In this document: positions 4,760 to 6,149 of the stretch, one piece after another
How positions within the stretch are numbered: the stretch's first letter is position 1
How the letters are laid out: every line of letters starts with the position of its first letter
Source of the DNA: Candidatus Auribacterota bacterium
GTDB taxonomy: Bacteria > Auribacterota > UBA6266
Assembly: GCA_023136205.1 (NCBI GenBank)
Contig: JAGLRQ010000054.1
Span: 1 to 6,149 of the forward strand
Reading direction: 5' to 3'
DNA: 6,149 nt
Position numbers and translations under genes: made by a program
Notes under the pieces: model-generated
What the model saw: the letters and a program-made list of their open reading frames with translations, nothing else
Told to the model about the DNA's origin: nothing
Database searches by the model: none

Positions 4760-6047
4760 CGCGGCTGAAAAGGGAAAAAATTTAGAAAAATTACAGCAGA
4801 AATTATCAGATTTCAAGAAGTTGTTTGCTGTTAGTGAGATAATAAACTCCACTCTTGATATAGACGAACTTCTTGATCGCTCTATGAAAGTCGCGGGAAA
4901 AATTATGGAGGTAGAAGCAAGCGCTCTTATGCTGATAGACAAGAGCACAAAGGAACTGGTTTTTAAGATAGCTCATGGAAAATCAGGTGACAAAGTGAAA
5001 GAAATCAGGCTTGAGCCGGGGCAGGGAATAGCCGGCCGGGTTGCCAGGGAAGAAAAGCCGCTTTTAATAAATAATGTGGAGAATGACCCGAGACATTTTA
5101 GAAGAGCTGATGAATATTCAGGGTTTAAGACGCGGGCCGTTTTGTGTGTTCCTTTGAAGGTTAAGGATACAACAATTGGGGTCCTTCAGGTGTTGAACCC
5201 CAAACATAAGAAGGGATTTGATTCAGAAGACCAGGAGCTTCTGGGAAATTTTTCCAGTATGGCTGCCATAGCGATTGAGAATGCAAGGATGCACACGAGC
5301 CTTCTTGAAAAGCAAAGAGTTGAAGATGAACTGAAAATTGGACATCAGATACAGCAAAATTTTCTGTCTTCCAAATTTCCGGAGTATGACGGTTTGTTAT
5401 TGGACGCAAAAAACATTCCCGCGCTGGAGCTTGGGGGGGATTTTTATGATTTTCTCGATTTTGGTGCCGGACGGGTTGGAATTGTTGTAGGAGATGTTTC
5501 GGGAAAGGGTGTACCCGCGGCCCTTTTTATGGTTAAAGCTATGAGCGAAATAAGATTTCATGCTTCTCTTTTCGCTAAACCCGGAAAACTTATGGAAAAG
5601 ATAAATAACATTCTAGTGGAGAAAAGCATTCTTGGGATGTTTGTAACCCTTCTTATTGGTATAGTTGATTCAAGAAAGAAAACTCTTATATCCGTGAATG
5701 CCGGGCATTACCCTTTTCTGATTTGCGATGGCAGGGGCAGCATTAGTGAAGCTGTTTGTGAGCCGGGGCTTCCTGTTGGGGTTGTCCCGGATGTGAAATT
5801 TGGGGAAACGGTTCTGGAGTTAAGAGGCGGCGAAACCATAATCGGTTATACAGATGGTATTATTGAAGCAAGAAATATATCCAGGGAAGAGTTTGGGAAA
5901 AAGAGATTTTTTGATATTATAAAAGACGGAAACATTAATCCCGAAAAAACAATTGAGTGCATCCTTGACAAGGTTGTTGGTTTTTCAAAGGGAGCTCCGC
6001 AGCATGATGATTTAACGCTGGTTGCTGCAACGTTGAAAAATAATTAG
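4731..6047 (+). CDS. GAF-domain PP2C/SpoIIE-family (RsbU-like) protein serine phosphatase
   Basis: ATG 4731, or alternatively TTG 4752 preceded by AAAGGGA with a 6-nt spacer. Stop is TAG 6045-6047. The GAF domain spans nt ~4812-5285: 'LFAVSEIINSTLDIDELLDRSMKVAGKIMEVEASALMLID...GQGIAGRVAREEKPLLINNVENDPRHF...GFKTRAVLCVPLK...IGVLQVLN...FDSEDQELLGNFSSMAAIAIENARMH'. The PPM/SpoIIE domain spans nt ~5328-6035, with all metal-binding motifs present: 'ELGGDFYDF', 'VVGDVSGKGVPAAL', 'GYTDGIIEA', 'QHDDLTLV'. Confidence 0.9.
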   Translation: MGLKGKELTDAAEKGKNLEKLQQKLSDFKKLFAVSEIINSTLDIDELLDRSMKVAGKIMEVEASALMLIDKSTKELVFKIAHGKSGDKVKEIRLEPGQGIAGRVAREEKPLLINNVENDPRHFRRADEYSGFKTRAVLCVPLKVKDTTIGVLQVLNPKHKKGFDSEDQELLGNFSSMAAIAIENARMHTSLLEKQRVEDELKIGHQIQQNFLSSKFPEYDGLLLDAKNIPALELGGDFYDFLDFGAGRVGIVVGDVSGKGVPAALFMVKAMSEIRFHASLFAKPGKLMEKINNILVEKSILGMFVTLLIGIVDSRKKTLISVNAGHYPFLICDGRGSISEAVCEPGLPVGVVPDVKFGETVLELRGGETIIGYTDGIIEARNISREEFGKKRFFDIIKDGNINPEKTIECILDKVVGFSKGAPQHDDLTLVAATLKNN

Positions 6048-6149
6048 TTATGTTAACTTATTTTCAGGCGGCAGAAAAATATGTTAGTTGCTTTGATTGG
6101 ATTTTGATGTAAATCCAAAATTCGAATATTTAAAATTTTGAATTTGTTT

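Noticed and set aside
3454-5409. Minus-strand ORFs 3454-3657, 4166-4396, 4685-4948 and 5161-5409 (67-87 aa)
   Set aside because: They are antisense shadows inside the cyclase and GAF-PP2C genes, with no motifs or translation signals.
2822-6047. Cyclase + adjacent effector as a Pycsar/CBASS-like anti-phage signalling system
   Set aside because: The cyclase carries an extracytoplasmic CHASE2 sensor and an ATP-type Lys/Thr specificity pair. The neighbour is a regulatory GAF-PP2C phosphatase, not a TIR, transmembrane, nuclease or other cell-killing effector. No other defence or mobile genes are nearby. The architecture fits housekeeping signal transduction.
6097-6118. Hairpin TTGGATTT-N6-AAATCCAA after the phosphatase gene, plus AT-rich palindromes ATTCGAAT (6120-6127) and AAAATTTT (6132-6139)
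   Set aside because: The stem has 8 bp with two G-C pairs and no following T-tract, so it is not a convincing terminator. The palindromes are short and expected by chance in AT-rich spacer DNA. They may belong to the promoter of a downstream gene outside the window.

Overview
AT-rich bacterial chromosomal window with five protein-coding genes. I see no rRNA/tRNA genes, CRISPR arrays, transposase/integrase genes or long repeats. (1) 1-609 (+) is the 3' part of a CsgG-family outer-membrane lipoprotein gene with an extra C-terminal beta-rich module. It is convergent with (2-3), a two-gene minus-strand operon: a secreted FecR-domain protein carrying two LPP20/FlgP-like repeats (2669-1344), whose TAA stop overlaps the ATG (TAATG) of a polytopic DUF3307-like membrane protein (1344-634). 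Across a 152-nt AT-rich divergent intergenic region lies (4-5), a plus-strand operon. It encodes a 4-TM CHASE2-sensor class III nucleotidyl cyclase (2822-4759) with a complete catalytic residue set and a Lys/Thr specificity pair, predicting an adenylate cyclase. This overlaps by 29 nt a GAF + PP2C/SpoIIE (RsbU-like) serine phosphatase (4731-6047). Most interesting reading, as hypothesis only: a self-contained envelope-to-cytoplasm relay in which a CsgG-like pore and/or the periplasmic FecR-LPP20 protein feed the CHASE2 cyclase, whose cNMP acts on the GAF-gated phosphatase. CHASE2 has no established ligand, so a dedicated periplasmic partner would be notable. Domain calls come from motif recognition by eye, without HMM or BLAST confirmation.
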